Shown here in pieces: positions 1 through 9,198 of a stretch of 64,000 bases of DNA; the stretch's first letter is position 1; every line of letters starts with the position of its first letter. The notes under the pieces are model-generated. The model was not told where the DNA came from. It ran no database searches and was given only the letters and a program-made list of their open reading frames with translations. The DNA comes from Hoeflea sp. (lineage in GTDB: Bacteria > Pseudomonadota > Alphaproteobacteria > Rhizobiales > Rhizobiaceae), in NCBI GenBank assembly GCA_002707605.1, contig PANK01000012.1:6731-70730 (forward strand), read 5' to 3'. The position numbers were made by a program, and so were the translations under genes.

Positions 1-754
1 TCTTCAGGGCGTCGGATGCGTCCGCTCGCGCCTTGGAGTCAATGTAGGTACTCGCAAAGCCGGCACCCAAGATGACGCATGCCACGCCAGCCACGGCAAA
101 AGCCATGGCTCGCAATGCAGCAGAGTCGGCGTTGGCAGTGGGGTCAATCAACATCGGCTCGACGTGAAATGCGGTCATTCCCGTGAAATGCAAAACAATG
201 ATGCCAACCGTTAACAGGCCCGCAGCGAGAAACCGGCTGGCGGCAAGCGCCAAGTGAGACGCTACGTAGAGTGCGGCGCCTCCCAGCGTCATGGACAACA
301 CAATGGAGGCTATGATGTAGGCACGATACCACGTCACAATACCCTGTACCCGGTAGGCCTGCATTCCGGTGTAGTGCATGAGAGCGATCGCCAGTCCGAA
401 AATGATGCCCCCCGAAACCGAGAGAAACGGACTGGATCCGACCGCCGCTACGCGAAAGCCGGCTGCAACGCCGAGAATCGCCAACAGAAATGAAACGATG
501 GTCAAGACGGGATCAAAGCTGACAGGCAGGTCCGCATTGTAGCCAAGCATGGCGATGAAATGGGTGCACCATATTCCGGCACCGGCGACCACCGAGGTAA
601 GTATCAGCCACGCTTCTCGTTCGAATCGGGTCGACATGCGGGCTCGTGCAAAGAGCTGCAATGTGGCCCAGGAGCCTGCGGCACAGATAACTGCTGCGAT
701 GGCGACCAGCCAAAGATCATGTTCGTTGATAATGCAGCCAGCCACTGCAAACAT
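1..754 (-). CDS. MHYT-domain membrane sensor protein, N-terminal part. It continues beyond the window start and is missing from the supplied ORF track because it is edge-truncated.
   Basis: My own translation of the minus strand from ATG 754 reads MFAVAGCIINEHDLWLVAIAAVICAAGSW..IWCTHFIAMLGY..ALMHYTGMQAY..VLHFTGMTAFHV.. and stays open to position 2. The repeated xH(Y/F)xGM helices are the MHYT signature. Confidence 0.7.
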   Translation of the reverse strand, partial: MFAVAGCIINEHDLWLVAIAAVICAAGSWATLQLFARARMSTRFEREAWLILTSVVAGAGIWCTHFIAMLGYNADLPVSFDPVLTIVSFLLAILGVAAGFRVAAVGSSPFLSVSGGIIFGLAIALMHYTGMQAYRVQGIVTWYRAYIIASIVLSMTLGGAALYVASHLALAASRFLAAGLLTVGIIVLHFTGMTAFHVEPMLIDPTANADSAALRAMAFAVAGVACVILGAGFASTYIDSKARADASDALK

Positions 755-1071
755 TTCTTGCTCTCCCGATATTTGTCTCGAATTGACACAAGGCTGGTTA
801 CGCTCAAATTAACAGGGGAGATTTTTGCAGGTGTCTCGCAAAACTTCGGTAGTCTCGGTGTGATCCCATATCGGCATCATCTTTACGTTTTATTAGTCTT
901 TTGAAGTCCGAATAGGTGCGCCAACAGATCATTCTGATCATTGACGCGCCAACGGCCTATTAAGCCGAAGCCTTTTCTAAGCCAAAGCATCCCCTCGAAT
1001 CCTGCGACGGTCGCCGCGCCCTATTGAATAATTGGAAGCCGCCAATTTTCGGCATGTATTCTTCACCCGGG

Positions 1072-1773
1072 GCATTGTCAGGTTGTTGGAGCCGTCTTTG
1101 CGTTGTATTTTGGTGCCGTGTGGAATCTGTCTGATCTTTCCCGTTTGAAGGTCTCCGGTTTCCGCGCTCGGTCATCGGCTACGCAGTCTGGACCCATCAT
1201 CGTTTTGCTCTCAATCTTCGCGACGTCGACGATCTGTTGGCAGCGCGCGGGATCACGGCTTCCTACGAAACGGTGCGGGACCGTGTGACGCGTTTCGGCA
1301 CGCAGCTCGCTGCGGATAAGTGGCGCCTCGAGGAGGTGGTAGTGCCTATCAAGGGACGCAAACACTGGCTATGGCGGGCAGTGGACGCCAAGGGCGATGT
1401 TTTACACATCTTGGCCTAAGGCGGCTGCGCTTCTTCCGGAAGCTGTTCAAGACCCGGGCCAGCCGCGGGCGATGGTCACCGACAATCTTCGGTCTACAGT
1501 GCTGCTCTGGCAGAACTTGCGCCGGGGTAGAGCATCGCTAGCACAAGAGTCTGAAAACTCGGGTTGCAGCGTCGCACAGGCACTGCCGACGACGAGAAAA
1601 GGTCATGAACCGGTTCAAATCGCTCGGCTAGGCACAGCGTTTCCTGTCGGTCTACGACCAGACTGCCGCGTGTTCCCCCAAATGCTACGGGTTTCCGCAT
1701 ATAAATGCGATCTGACAGCATAAGGGCAGAACCTGCTGAGCCATCGCGGGTAAGCAAAACAACCTGACAATGC
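1072..1773 (+). mobile_element. Decayed IS6-family insertion sequence (about 700 bp, shorter than intact members)
   Basis: Perfect 16-bp terminal inverted repeats GCATTGTCAGGTTGTT (1072-1087) and AACAACCTGACAATGC (1758-1773) bracket frameshifted IS6-type transposase fragments. Confidence 0.7.
1130..1735 (+). pseudogene. IS6-family transposase pseudogene (several frameshifts and stops)
   Basis: Fragments lie in three frames: RFALNLRDVDDLLAARGITASYETVRDRVTRFG, WRLEEVVVPIKGRKHWLWRAVDAKGDVL, RFFRKLFK, PRAMVTDNLRS, MNRFKSLG*AQRFLSVYDQ. Their order and motifs match IS6/IS26-like DDE transposases. Confidence 0.65.
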
Positions 1774-1928
1774 TTTCTGCACCGACAATTCCGCCGCCTT
1801 CAGCAGGCACTGCACGGTGTAGAGATGGTGAAAAAGGAAACCGCGATGGACAGCTTCGATACGGGTAAACTGTGCTGGGTCGAGTATCGTCGCTGGGTGC
1901 GCCACAGGAACCAAGACGGGGTCTCCGC

Positions 1929-3158
1929 TCATGCGAGTTCAGCCTGTAGCGGCACGGTTGGCGCGTGCGCGTCGATTGCCTTCACTACCGTGGCGGCGAG
2001 AGGAAGATGCCCCTTCTCGGTCTGCCAGACCTCGCGGAAGCGTTGGACGGTTTCCATGGCGGTGTCGATGACCAGCTTTTCGGACAGAAGGGCCTTGGCC
2101 GCCAGGTGCCGAAGCTCGTCGACATCGAACTCGGCCATCTTCTTGGTCCTGGAGAAATTGAGCGCAGCCGTGTCCTCACCCTCGATATAGGGAATAGTCG
2201 ACACGAGATCGTATGCTGGCGACAAGGCTGCCGATCGCCGGTCCGGATAGATCAGCGACCAATTCTTGAGGTGCATGTCGCCGTTTCCGATCAGCGCGCT
2301 GTACACGAGCCGGCGAATGAACTCGGCGGCGCCGGCGTCCCCCGCCTCGGTGCCTATGACCCGAGCGATGTTGGCGTAACTCGCGCGCTTGTATTTGTTG
2401 TCGGGGAAAACCCCGAAGACCTGCGCGAAATCTTCGGTGTGGACGGGACCATCGGCGGTTCGGTCGAAGCGACTGACAGCAAGCGCCTGTCCCTTCAGCT
2501 CGCCCATGCCTTCTGGAATGCCGGCGATGGCATCGAGATCGACCAAGTTGATGATCGGCACGTCCATGCCGATCATCCCGGCGAGCGTCATCATCGAGAA
2601 CTCGTTTTCGGGAACGCCGCCGAACTGCTGGGACGGGAGCTTCACGATCCAAGAGCCGCCAACGCCTTCGGCGGGAATGGTCAGGCCTCCGCCCTTCCCT
2701 GCGTGCGCGAACGCGGAGAATTTGAGCTGCACACCAGCAAGTGAAAAGCGCAGTGCATTGGGTCTGGCGTTGTCCGGCAAATCATCGTCAGCGGCAGGCG
2801 GAAGAGCGTCCCCTGCCGCCGGATGAATCGACAGTGCTCCTGGCAAGTCGAGGCCCAGCACCCAAAGGAGGAAGAATTCCCGCTGCTGGTTGACCCCTGC
2901 CCGCTCCGCAAGATAGCGGCGCAGGCCTCCCTCCGGCAGCAGGTTCGAAAAGAATGGGGGTACAACACGTTGGGTCGGGCGGATATTGGTGATGAGGCCG
3001 CCCAGGTCGTCCTTGAACGACAGGCTAAAGGTCGGTCGATCCCGGTTCTCGACATAGTCTTCGTTGAACGCGAAAATCGTTCGCTCACCCTGTAAATGGG
3101 TCAGCGTACCGATCGACTCGTCATAAAGCCGCACATCGAGAACGGAGACGTCAGGCAT
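1929..3158 (-). CDS. hipA: HipA-family serine/threonine kinase toxin
   Basis: Part of ORF 1929..3317. I take the internal start MPDVSVLDVRLY at 3158, which overlaps the upstream gene's stop as ATGCCTGA. It has a HipA N-terminal region (FFSNLLPEGGLRRYL) and the catalytic loop ALIGNGDMHLKNWSL. Confidence 0.85.
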   Translation of the reverse strand: MPDVSVLDVRLYDESIGTLTHLQGERTIFAFNEDYVENRDRPTFSLSFKDDLGGLITNIRPTQRVVPPFFSNLLPEGGLRRYLAERAGVNQQREFFLLWVLGLDLPGALSIHPAAGDALPPAADDDLPDNARPNALRFSLAGVQLKFSAFAHAGKGGGLTIPAEGVGGSWIVKLPSQQFGGVPENEFSMMTLAGMIGMDVPIINLVDLDAIAGIPEGMGELKGQALAVSRFDRTADGPVHTEDFAQVFGVFPDNKYKRASYANIARVIGTEAGDAGAAEFIRRLVYSALIGNGDMHLKNWSLIYPDRRSAALSPAYDLVSTIPYIEGEDTAALNFSRTKKMAEFDVDELRHLAAKALLSEKLVIDTAMETVQRFREVWQTEKGHLPLAATVVKAIDAHAPTVPLQAELA

Positions 3159-3789
3159 CTTCGTCTCCATCGTCCAGCGCATAGGCGGGTCGAGGTTCAG
3201 ACGGAGCCGCATGGGCAATTGAGTTGCGCAGACGCTGCAGGTTCTGCGCGATGTCGCGCACGACCGGCGCTGCCTGCTCGCTCGCCTGATATCGATCGAG
3301 GCGCGCGAGCAGGTCACGTACCAATTGCATCTCCTGATCGCTGAGATTCACGCGGCGCAAAAAACGCAGCGTATCTTCTATACGATCGAGATCGGCCGAA
3401 CTGCCGTAGAGGTGCTTCAATTTCTTGACCAGGCGCTCGGCGCGAGCAAAACGCTTGTCGTTCGGCTGACCGGCATGGATATGCATGTCGGGCGTTGCTT
3501 GCGCCCTCACGAGGCTCAGCACTGCGGGAACGAGTTTTTTCGGCACGAGCATGAGCTCGAGATCGAGCGCGCGGGTCATATCGATGAAACTCGACAACCC
3601 GGGTTCCATCTTGCCGCTTTCTATTTGTGAGATATGGCTCTGAGTCAGCCCAGCCCGCTCGCTAAGCGCGCGTTGACTCACGCCAGAGGCCTCGCGAACT
3701 TCGCGCGCCTGCGCGGTCAGGCTTTCGCTTTGGTAAGACACGATACATAATCCTAGATCAGAAGTAATTTTTTGATCAGGATGATGCAT
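3151..3789 (-). CDS. hipB: XRE-family HTH antitoxin (HipB-like) with a long C-terminal extension. The start is uncertain (ATG 3789 or GTG 3741).
   Basis: The HTH reads VSQRALSERAGLTQSHISQIESGK. The gene overlaps hipA by 8 nt. Inverted repeats in the first ~40 nt of the ORF suggest the real start may be the GTG at 3741, which is preceded by AGGA. Confidence 0.7.
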   Translation of the reverse strand: MHHPDQKITSDLGLCIVSYQSESLTAQAREVREASGVSQRALSERAGLTQSHISQIESGKMEPGLSSFIDMTRALDLELMLVPKKLVPAVLSLVRAQATPDMHIHAGQPNDKRFARAERLVKKLKHLYGSSADLDRIEDTLRFLRRVNLSDQEMQLVRDLLARLDRYQASEQAAPVVRDIAQNLQRLRNSIAHAAPSEPRPAYALDDGDEDA

Positions 3790-3947
3790 CTAGTGCTCCA
3801 CGCTTCAATTGTCAATCTTTTGATATATGATAATGATCGACAAGAGCTATTAATATAGGATCATGCATCATCGTTTGTCCGAAATAAGTCGCAATCTTTG
3901 GAAACTCGTCGCCCTTGCCGTTCCTCGCGACGATGGGAAATCTGTCT

Positions 3948-5063
3948 TTAAAGAACGCCCCACGCTCGATAGCGCCCCCTACCCGTCAACTCACGCACGC
4001 CGAGTTCGCCGACCAGATTCAACGCACCGCGCGGCGTGATCTTCGCAGCCTTCGCGATCATGTGTGCCGAAACGATCGGCCGCGACAGCAGAAGGTCGAT
4101 GGCGACCGGAATGCTACTTGTTGTGCGCTTGCCCGCTGCTTTCCGCTCGAGCTGGCGTTTTGCCAGAGTCAGTCGGTCGATGTCTTTCATTCCAGCAGCG
4201 GCGGCCGCACCCATCGCATCCAGAAAGGCGACCAGTCGCACAGTCCGATCACTGGCACGGCGCCGTTCGCGCGGAACTTCACGCAGCCCGACGGCAAATG
4301 CCAGCAGGTGAGATCGGACTTTTCCGCGCGATCGCAGGAAATCCGAAACGAGCACCTGACCAAGCCAGTGCTGGCGTTGCAGGGGTCCGAGATGTTCCCA
4401 TGCATCCCAGAGAACCGCGGCGGCTAGCGTGGCCGGAAGCCGTTCGACCTGCTTGACCAGAACAAGCCACTCGCCAATCCGCTCACCTTCATCCCAATCT
4501 GGATCGCGAATGAGCAGCTCGCCGACACTGATCTCGGGTTCTCTTTTCCTTTGTTCGACAGCCGCATTGCCATCGACCAGCCATTGGGTGCGAGCGAGGA
4601 CCTCATCGATCTCGGCCAGCTCGGGAAAGAGGGCTGCGTCACCAACCAAGTCGAGCTCGCCCCCCTCCCCTCCCCTGCCAACGGATTCGGCCTCGACGGA
4701 GGTCTCTTCCGCGACGCCAGCCAGCGCCATGATACCCGACCGCGAAACCGCCCATCCAGGTTTGTTCCGCGAGACCCGGCGCCTTGCCCGGACAAAGCGG
4801 TGCGCGATCACGAGCTCATGGCTGGGCGCGCGAATGTCCATCTGTGCGTCGTGGAGAACCAGATCCTCAAGATGGACGAGCTCGCCGCCGACCCACATAC
4901 TGGAAACGGAATCGAAGAAATCAGCTCGTTCGGTGAAGCCGGCCCCGACCTCGGATCGGGCGACGCGCTCATCAAGCCGGGCAAGCGCGTCCTCCGCGGC
5001 CGCAATCGGCCCCAGGAGGGTCTCATGAGTCAATTTCCCGATATCGTAAGCCATTGATAACAC
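3948..5063 (-). CDS. Conserved rhizobial plasmid protein (DUF1612-type with a C-terminal HTH-like region)
   Basis: A 371-aa ORF divergent from the resolvase gene. The C-terminus PIVSAHMIAKAAKITPRGALNLVGELGVRELTGRGRYRAWGV is typical of this family as I remember it. Confidence 0.55.
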   Translation of the reverse strand: MLSMAYDIGKLTHETLLGPIAAAEDALARLDERVARSEVGAGFTERADFFDSVSSMWVGGELVHLEDLVLHDAQMDIRAPSHELVIAHRFVRARRRVSRNKPGWAVSRSGIMALAGVAEETSVEAESVGRGGEGGELDLVGDAALFPELAEIDEVLARTQWLVDGNAAVEQRKREPEISVGELLIRDPDWDEGERIGEWLVLVKQVERLPATLAAAVLWDAWEHLGPLQRQHWLGQVLVSDFLRSRGKVRSHLLAFAVGLREVPRERRRASDRTVRLVAFLDAMGAAAAAGMKDIDRLTLAKRQLERKAAGKRTTSSIPVAIDLLLSRPIVSAHMIAKAAKITPRGALNLVGELGVRELTGRGRYRAWGVL

Positions 5064-5337
5064 GGTGCTTCAAATTCGTTACAGAAGCTATCATGCATTT
5101 GGATTCCGTCACACCGGTAATTCGCAAGACCCTCTAGATATAATGAGCGCTGCGGCCTACGAGATTGAACAGAGACCCTGCAACCGGTGCTCAGATCGAC
5201 GAGAGAACCCGTTTTTCCGGGGTTTTCTTGCACATGCCGGTGATAGAAAGACGCTCAAGAGACGTTTACAAACGATCGGTTATCCGTATCTTCTATGTTT
5301 GTAAATTCACCTTCAACACCGCTCTCAGGCTCTCCAA

Positions 5338-6261
5338 ATGGCCAAAACACCGCCCAATCGCTCCTCTCATCGACCACAGGGCCGGCTTATCGGCTATGCG
5401 CGCGTCTCCACGGACGAGCAGGCGACGGAAGCGCAGGAGATGGAACTGAGGTCGGCCGGATGCGATGCAATCATCCAGGAGCATGGGTCCGGCGCCTCGC
5501 GGACCCGCCCTGCCCTCGCTCGGCTTGTGCGCGAGATCGGCGCCGGCGACACCCTCGTTGTGGTTCGCCTCGACCGCCTGGCGCGCTCGGTGAGCCACCT
5601 GCTCAATGTCATCGAGGAGCTGACTGCCAAAGGCGCGTATTTCCGCTCGTTGAGCGATCCCATCGATACCACGACGCCGCAGGGCATGTTTTCGCTGCAG
5701 GTCCTTGGCGCCGTCGCCCAGCTGGAACGGGCACTCAACTCGGAGCGGACGAAGGCCGGCGTCAAAGCTGCCAAGGCAAAAGGCCGGCTACCAGGCAATC
5801 CCGGGGTCAGGGAACGCCGGCCGGAGATGCTGGCCAAGATGACGGCTGCCCAGAAGGCGGCCTACGGCGCGCGCATCCAGTCCAGTGCCAATCAATGGCT
5901 TCCGATCGTCCGGCGCATGCGGCCAGACCACACCTGGGACGACATCTCGCGCGTCCTCAGGCAACGCGGCTTCGATTGGACCTCGGAGCGCCTGCGGCGC
6001 GCGGTAAGATGGATGGTCAGCGAAGGCATGGCCGACAAGTCGCTCCTGAGGAAGTCACCGCCTCGACCGCCCGAGGATCGCCTGATGACGCTTGTGGCGG
6101 GTATCCATTCCTCCAATCCGGAGCTCACCTTGCGCGAGATCGCGAACCAGCTCGAGCGCCTTCATGAGCGCACGCCGCGGGGTGGTACGAGATGGGCGCC
6201 CTCCTCCGTAAAGAATCTTCTCGACCGGGCAAAGCGAAGCGGCCTGCTCGACGCAGCCTGA
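5338..6261 (+). CDS. Serine recombinase / resolvase
   Basis: N-terminal catalytic motif LIGYARVSTDEQ, then VVVRLDRLARS and the RTKAG region. Confidence 0.85.
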   Translation: MAKTPPNRSSHRPQGRLIGYARVSTDEQATEAQEMELRSAGCDAIIQEHGSGASRTRPALARLVREIGAGDTLVVVRLDRLARSVSHLLNVIEELTAKGAYFRSLSDPIDTTTPQGMFSLQVLGAVAQLERALNSERTKAGVKAAKAKGRLPGNPGVRERRPEMLAKMTAAQKAAYGARIQSSANQWLPIVRRMRPDHTWDDISRVLRQRGFDWTSERLRRAVRWMVSEGMADKSLLRKSPPRPPEDRLMTLVAGIHSSNPELTLREIANQLERLHERTPRGGTRWAPSSVKNLLDRAKRSGLLDAA

Positions 6262-6357
6262 GCGCGGAAGCCGGAATGACGTTAGAGCGCGAACGTCGTA
6301 CAGATCGCGGGTGCCGACCGTCGCCAGCATACGCCAACAAATCCGGAGAGCACTGCA

Positions 6358-6567
6358 ATGGAAACAATGACCGTCAACAGCCGGGACGACTTCGCCCAAT
6401 GGGCGATCTTGCGGGCCCAATCGATCCTGGAGGACCAAGGTTCGGATCTCGCTACAGCGGTCCGGAACGAAGACGAACCACGGATCGGTGAAACCGCAAA
6501 CGCTCTTGGCCAAGCGATCGTCGACGCACTGCTCGAGGCATTCGACGGACTTGTCGACGGCGACTGA
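6358..6567 (+). CDS. Small acidic hypothetical protein (69 aa)
   Basis: The ORF fills the resolvase-repC gap and has moderate third-position GC. I recognise no family. Confidence 0.3.
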   Translation: METMTVNSRDDFAQWAILRAQSILEDQGSDLATAVRNEDEPRIGETANALGQAIVDALLEAFDGLVDGD

Positions 6568-6630
6568 GCACCAAGTTTCCGCCGCAGGATGGCCGGGGGC
6601 AACAAGGCAGTTCGGCTCATCGAGGCACCC

Positions 6631-7947
6631 TCACCTTCTCGGTCGTTCCAGCGATCGCAGCAGCGCGTCCGAGACCTCTAAACGCTCGCCCGCCTTGTCC
6701 CCGTCGCTTTGCGGCTCCGGAGGCTTTGCGGCGGAAGACCTGCTGGCGTCCAGCTTGGCGCGCAAAAGCGCCATGATCATCGGCCAGGTGGAGAATTTGC
6801 CCTCCCTCGCCTTGTCCGTCAGGCTGCGCAGGTAACCACCAGCGCTGTTGATCTGGTCGGAGCGCTGCAGGATCGCCGCGAGCGTAATCGCAGCCTGCAC
6901 CTCGCCCATGGCCTCGCAGGCTTCTCGCCAGGCGCTCGGGCTGACCCCAAGCAGTGGCCGGGCCACCTCTGCGGCCGCCAGAAAGTCCCGCCAATGGCGT
7001 ATCTCACCCCCTGGCACCAAGTCCCTCACGTCCGGGCAGGCATCAAGCACGATCCCCAAGGGCAACTCCCGCTTCGGCAAGCTCCGCAGGTTGCCGTTTT
7101 CCGCGGCGTTGCCGCCCGCATCACTCTCTTTTCGAGAGCCTTGTTCAGATTCAGATATGGAGTCTGGGTTTGAATTCTGTATGTGGCGGCCAGAATGGGA
7201 CTCATTGGCGTCCGGATTCTGTGTTTTTGCAAATGATTCCAACACCTCGAGGATCTCCGTGTAGAGACCGTGGAGATCGCAGCAGATGTCTTCGATTAGT
7301 TGCCTCGGGGCAGAGCGCGGCAGGCGGCCGACAATAGCCTGGTAGGTCTGCTGTACCCTGCCCCAATTGCCCGGAACGTTCTCCTCGATGCCGGTCTCAA
7401 TAAGCTTGACGACGTCGCGGCGCAGTAACGTCAGGCGTTCCTTGGCAAGCCGAAAGGCATTCTTTTCGGCCCGAACCGCGTCCGCCAGTTCCTCGAACTC
7501 CTCCGCACGGGCAACGATCGGGGCCAGATCGAACCCGTAGGCCTGTTCGACCTGCCCGCCCCTGCCCTTGCGGGCGAAGCGTTTGCCGTTCGGACTATCG
7601 CGACGAATGATCAGCCCGCAGTCGACCAAAACGGCCAGATGCCGCCGCAGCGTTGTCGCCGGCATGCCGTTTGCACGGGCCATGAGTTGCTCGTTCGACG
7701 GCCAGACAATCAGTTCACCGTCGCCCGAGAGCTCCGTTTCTGGATGGAACGAGAGCAGGGCGTTGAGAATGGCGAGTGCGCGGTCCGTGGCGCCGATCAG
7801 GTCGCGCGCCTCCCGGATCGAATGGAAGACTTTCCATTTCTGGACCTGCGCACTTTCCGGCACGGTCTTTGCCACAGCCTGGCTTGCCATCATGCCAAGC
7901 GACATCGTTCGCCGCCCAAAGGGCGTCGTTGGGGTATGCGTCTGCAT
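6631..7947 (-). CDS. repC: Replication initiator RepC
   Basis: 438 aa containing VFHSIREARDLIGATDRALAILNALLSFHPE...VWPSNEQLMARANGMPATTLRRHLAVLVDCGLIIRRDSPNGKRF, the typical RepC sequence, and last in the repABC order. Confidence 0.9.
   Translation of the reverse strand: MQTHTPTTPFGRRTMSLGMMASQAVAKTVPESAQVQKWKVFHSIREARDLIGATDRALAILNALLSFHPETELSGDGELIVWPSNEQLMARANGMPATTLRRHLAVLVDCGLIIRRDSPNGKRFARKGRGGQVEQAYGFDLAPIVARAEEFEELADAVRAEKNAFRLAKERLTLLRRDVVKLIETGIEENVPGNWGRVQQTYQAIVGRLPRSAPRQLIEDICCDLHGLYTEILEVLESFAKTQNPDANESHSGRHIQNSNPDSISESEQGSRKESDAGGNAAENGNLRSLPKRELPLGIVLDACPDVRDLVPGGEIRHWRDFLAAAEVARPLLGVSPSAWREACEAMGEVQAAITLAAILQRSDQINSAGGYLRSLTDKAREGKFSTWPMIMALLRAKLDASRSSAAKPPEPQSDGDKAGERLEVSDALLRSLERPRR
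7130..7260. other. AT-rich patch inside repC; candidate oriV
   Basis: Hand counts give about 45-48% GC over 7141-7260, against more than 60% around it. In studied repABC replicons the origin lies inside repC. Confidence 0.35.
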
Positions 7948-8051
7948 TTTTCTTCACCTATCGCTAGGCAAAAGAAACCTGCTCGCCGAATCGGCGCTCA
8001 AACCGACCTGAATGGTCTTGACTATGATTCGCGGAAGTGGGATTCTCTCAG

Positions 8052-8108
8052 TCGCCAAACTTAAAGAGAAGGTCTTCCGGAATGCCGTTTCGGGGGCCTT
8101 TTTCTTTT
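8052..8108 (+). ncRNA. Candidate repABC antisense counter-transcribed RNA (ctRNA / RepE-like)
   Basis: Located in the repB-repC spacer on the strand opposite repABC. It has a -35-like TTGACT (8018-8023), a stem GGTCTTC (8071-8077) pairing with GGGGGCC (8092-8098), then TTTTTCTTTT. The expected product is about 55-60 nt. Confidence 0.5.
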
Positions 8109-8112
8109 GCGC

Positions 8113-9123
8113 TCAATCTCCGTTTGTGGTTGCTCGTTTTTCCCGACGGAAAGCCTCATACAACTCGCTGAGATTTTCCGAGAGGTAGTCACCGAACGCT
8201 GTTGCGTCGGTCCCCTTCGCCTTGAGGGCGATGGTGAATTTCTTGCCACTGGCCACCATCTCCGCGGCGACACGCCCATCAGACGGCGCCCAAGTGCGTT
8301 TGGATGGTGCTGGCGCGGCACGGCGGCGCGGCTTGGAGGCTTTCAGCTTCGCGACGATCGCATCGAACCGCGCTTCGCTCGGCATCCCTTGAAAATCGGA
8401 ATTCGACGCCAGAGCCAGGGCAGTGTCGACATTGCCCGGCTTGTCGAGGAGGAGTTTGAGCTCGTACCAGCGATCACGACCAACGGCTTTGGCGCGGCCG
8501 ATCGCTTCGAGCAGGTCCTTGGGTATCGACGCGACAGAGAGCATCTTCGAAAGTGTCGGCCGATCGACGCCGATCGCGGCGAGGGCGGTCGCGTTGTCCT
8601 CGTCGAATTTCCGTTGAACGATGTCGGCGGCAAACAACGCTTTCTCGATGAAGGACGTGTTCGCTCGTGCGTTGTTTTCCTGTCCCTGGGCGATCACATG
8701 GTCGCGCTCGGAGATCTCTTTGATGACAGCGCGAAGCTTGAGACCAAGCTCCTTAGCGGCGCGCCAGCGGAGGCGACCGAAGACCAGCATGTAGCGGCCG
8801 GACCGCTCGGGATGAGGGCGAAGGAGGGCCGGGGAGTTCTGACCGGAACTGCGGATCGACTCCAGCACCTGGGCGTAGTCGGCCTCGTAGTCTTCCTGAT
8901 CAACGTTGAGCCGGTCGTTGGCGAAGGATTGGTCCACCAAGTCGGGGTCAACCTCGATTATCGTCTCGCCCTCGAGCAGCTTGCCTGCCTGAGCTGCCAT
9001 TTCGTCGATCGAGCTTATGAGCGAGCGTGATGCACCCTTGAAGGCGTAGTCTCGCGCGACCGGGCGCTCAGCGGGAGCGTTGCCGTTGTCCATAATGCTC
9101 GCAAAGGGATTTTTCCGCGCCAT
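8113..9123 (-). CDS. repB: Partitioning protein RepB (ParB-like)
   Basis: 336 aa containing LVFGRLRWRAAKELGL and HVIAQGQENNARANTSFIEKA, positioned between repA and repC. Confidence 0.9.
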   Translation of the reverse strand: MARKNPFASIMDNGNAPAERPVARDYAFKGASRSLISSIDEMAAQAGKLLEGETIIEVDPDLVDQSFANDRLNVDQEDYEADYAQVLESIRSSGQNSPALLRPHPERSGRYMLVFGRLRWRAAKELGLKLRAVIKEISERDHVIAQGQENNARANTSFIEKALFAADIVQRKFDEDNATALAAIGVDRPTLSKMLSVASIPKDLLEAIGRAKAVGRDRWYELKLLLDKPGNVDTALALASNSDFQGMPSEARFDAIVAKLKASKPRRRAAPAPSKRTWAPSDGRVAAEMVASGKKFTIALKAKGTDATAFGDYLSENLSELYEAFRREKRATTNGD

Positions 9124-9198
9124 TTGGCTAGCACCCCCTTATCCGACTTATGCGCTTGAAACCGCGCACTTTTTTGGCGGTTTTGACGGCAGTCAACA

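Noticed and set aside
960-1175. 71-aa minus-strand ORF left of or overlapping the IS6 end
   Set aside because: It crosses the IS6 terminal repeat, has no family resemblance, and is probably a chance ORF.
9183-9198. TTGACGGCAGTCAA in the repA-repB spacer as a parS site
   Set aside because: Only the 5-bp arms are symmetric, and it does not fit the 16-bp GTTNNCNGCNGNNAAC repABC parS consensus as I recall it. I found no convincing parS by eye anywhere in 6.2-10.9 kb, so a computational scan is needed.
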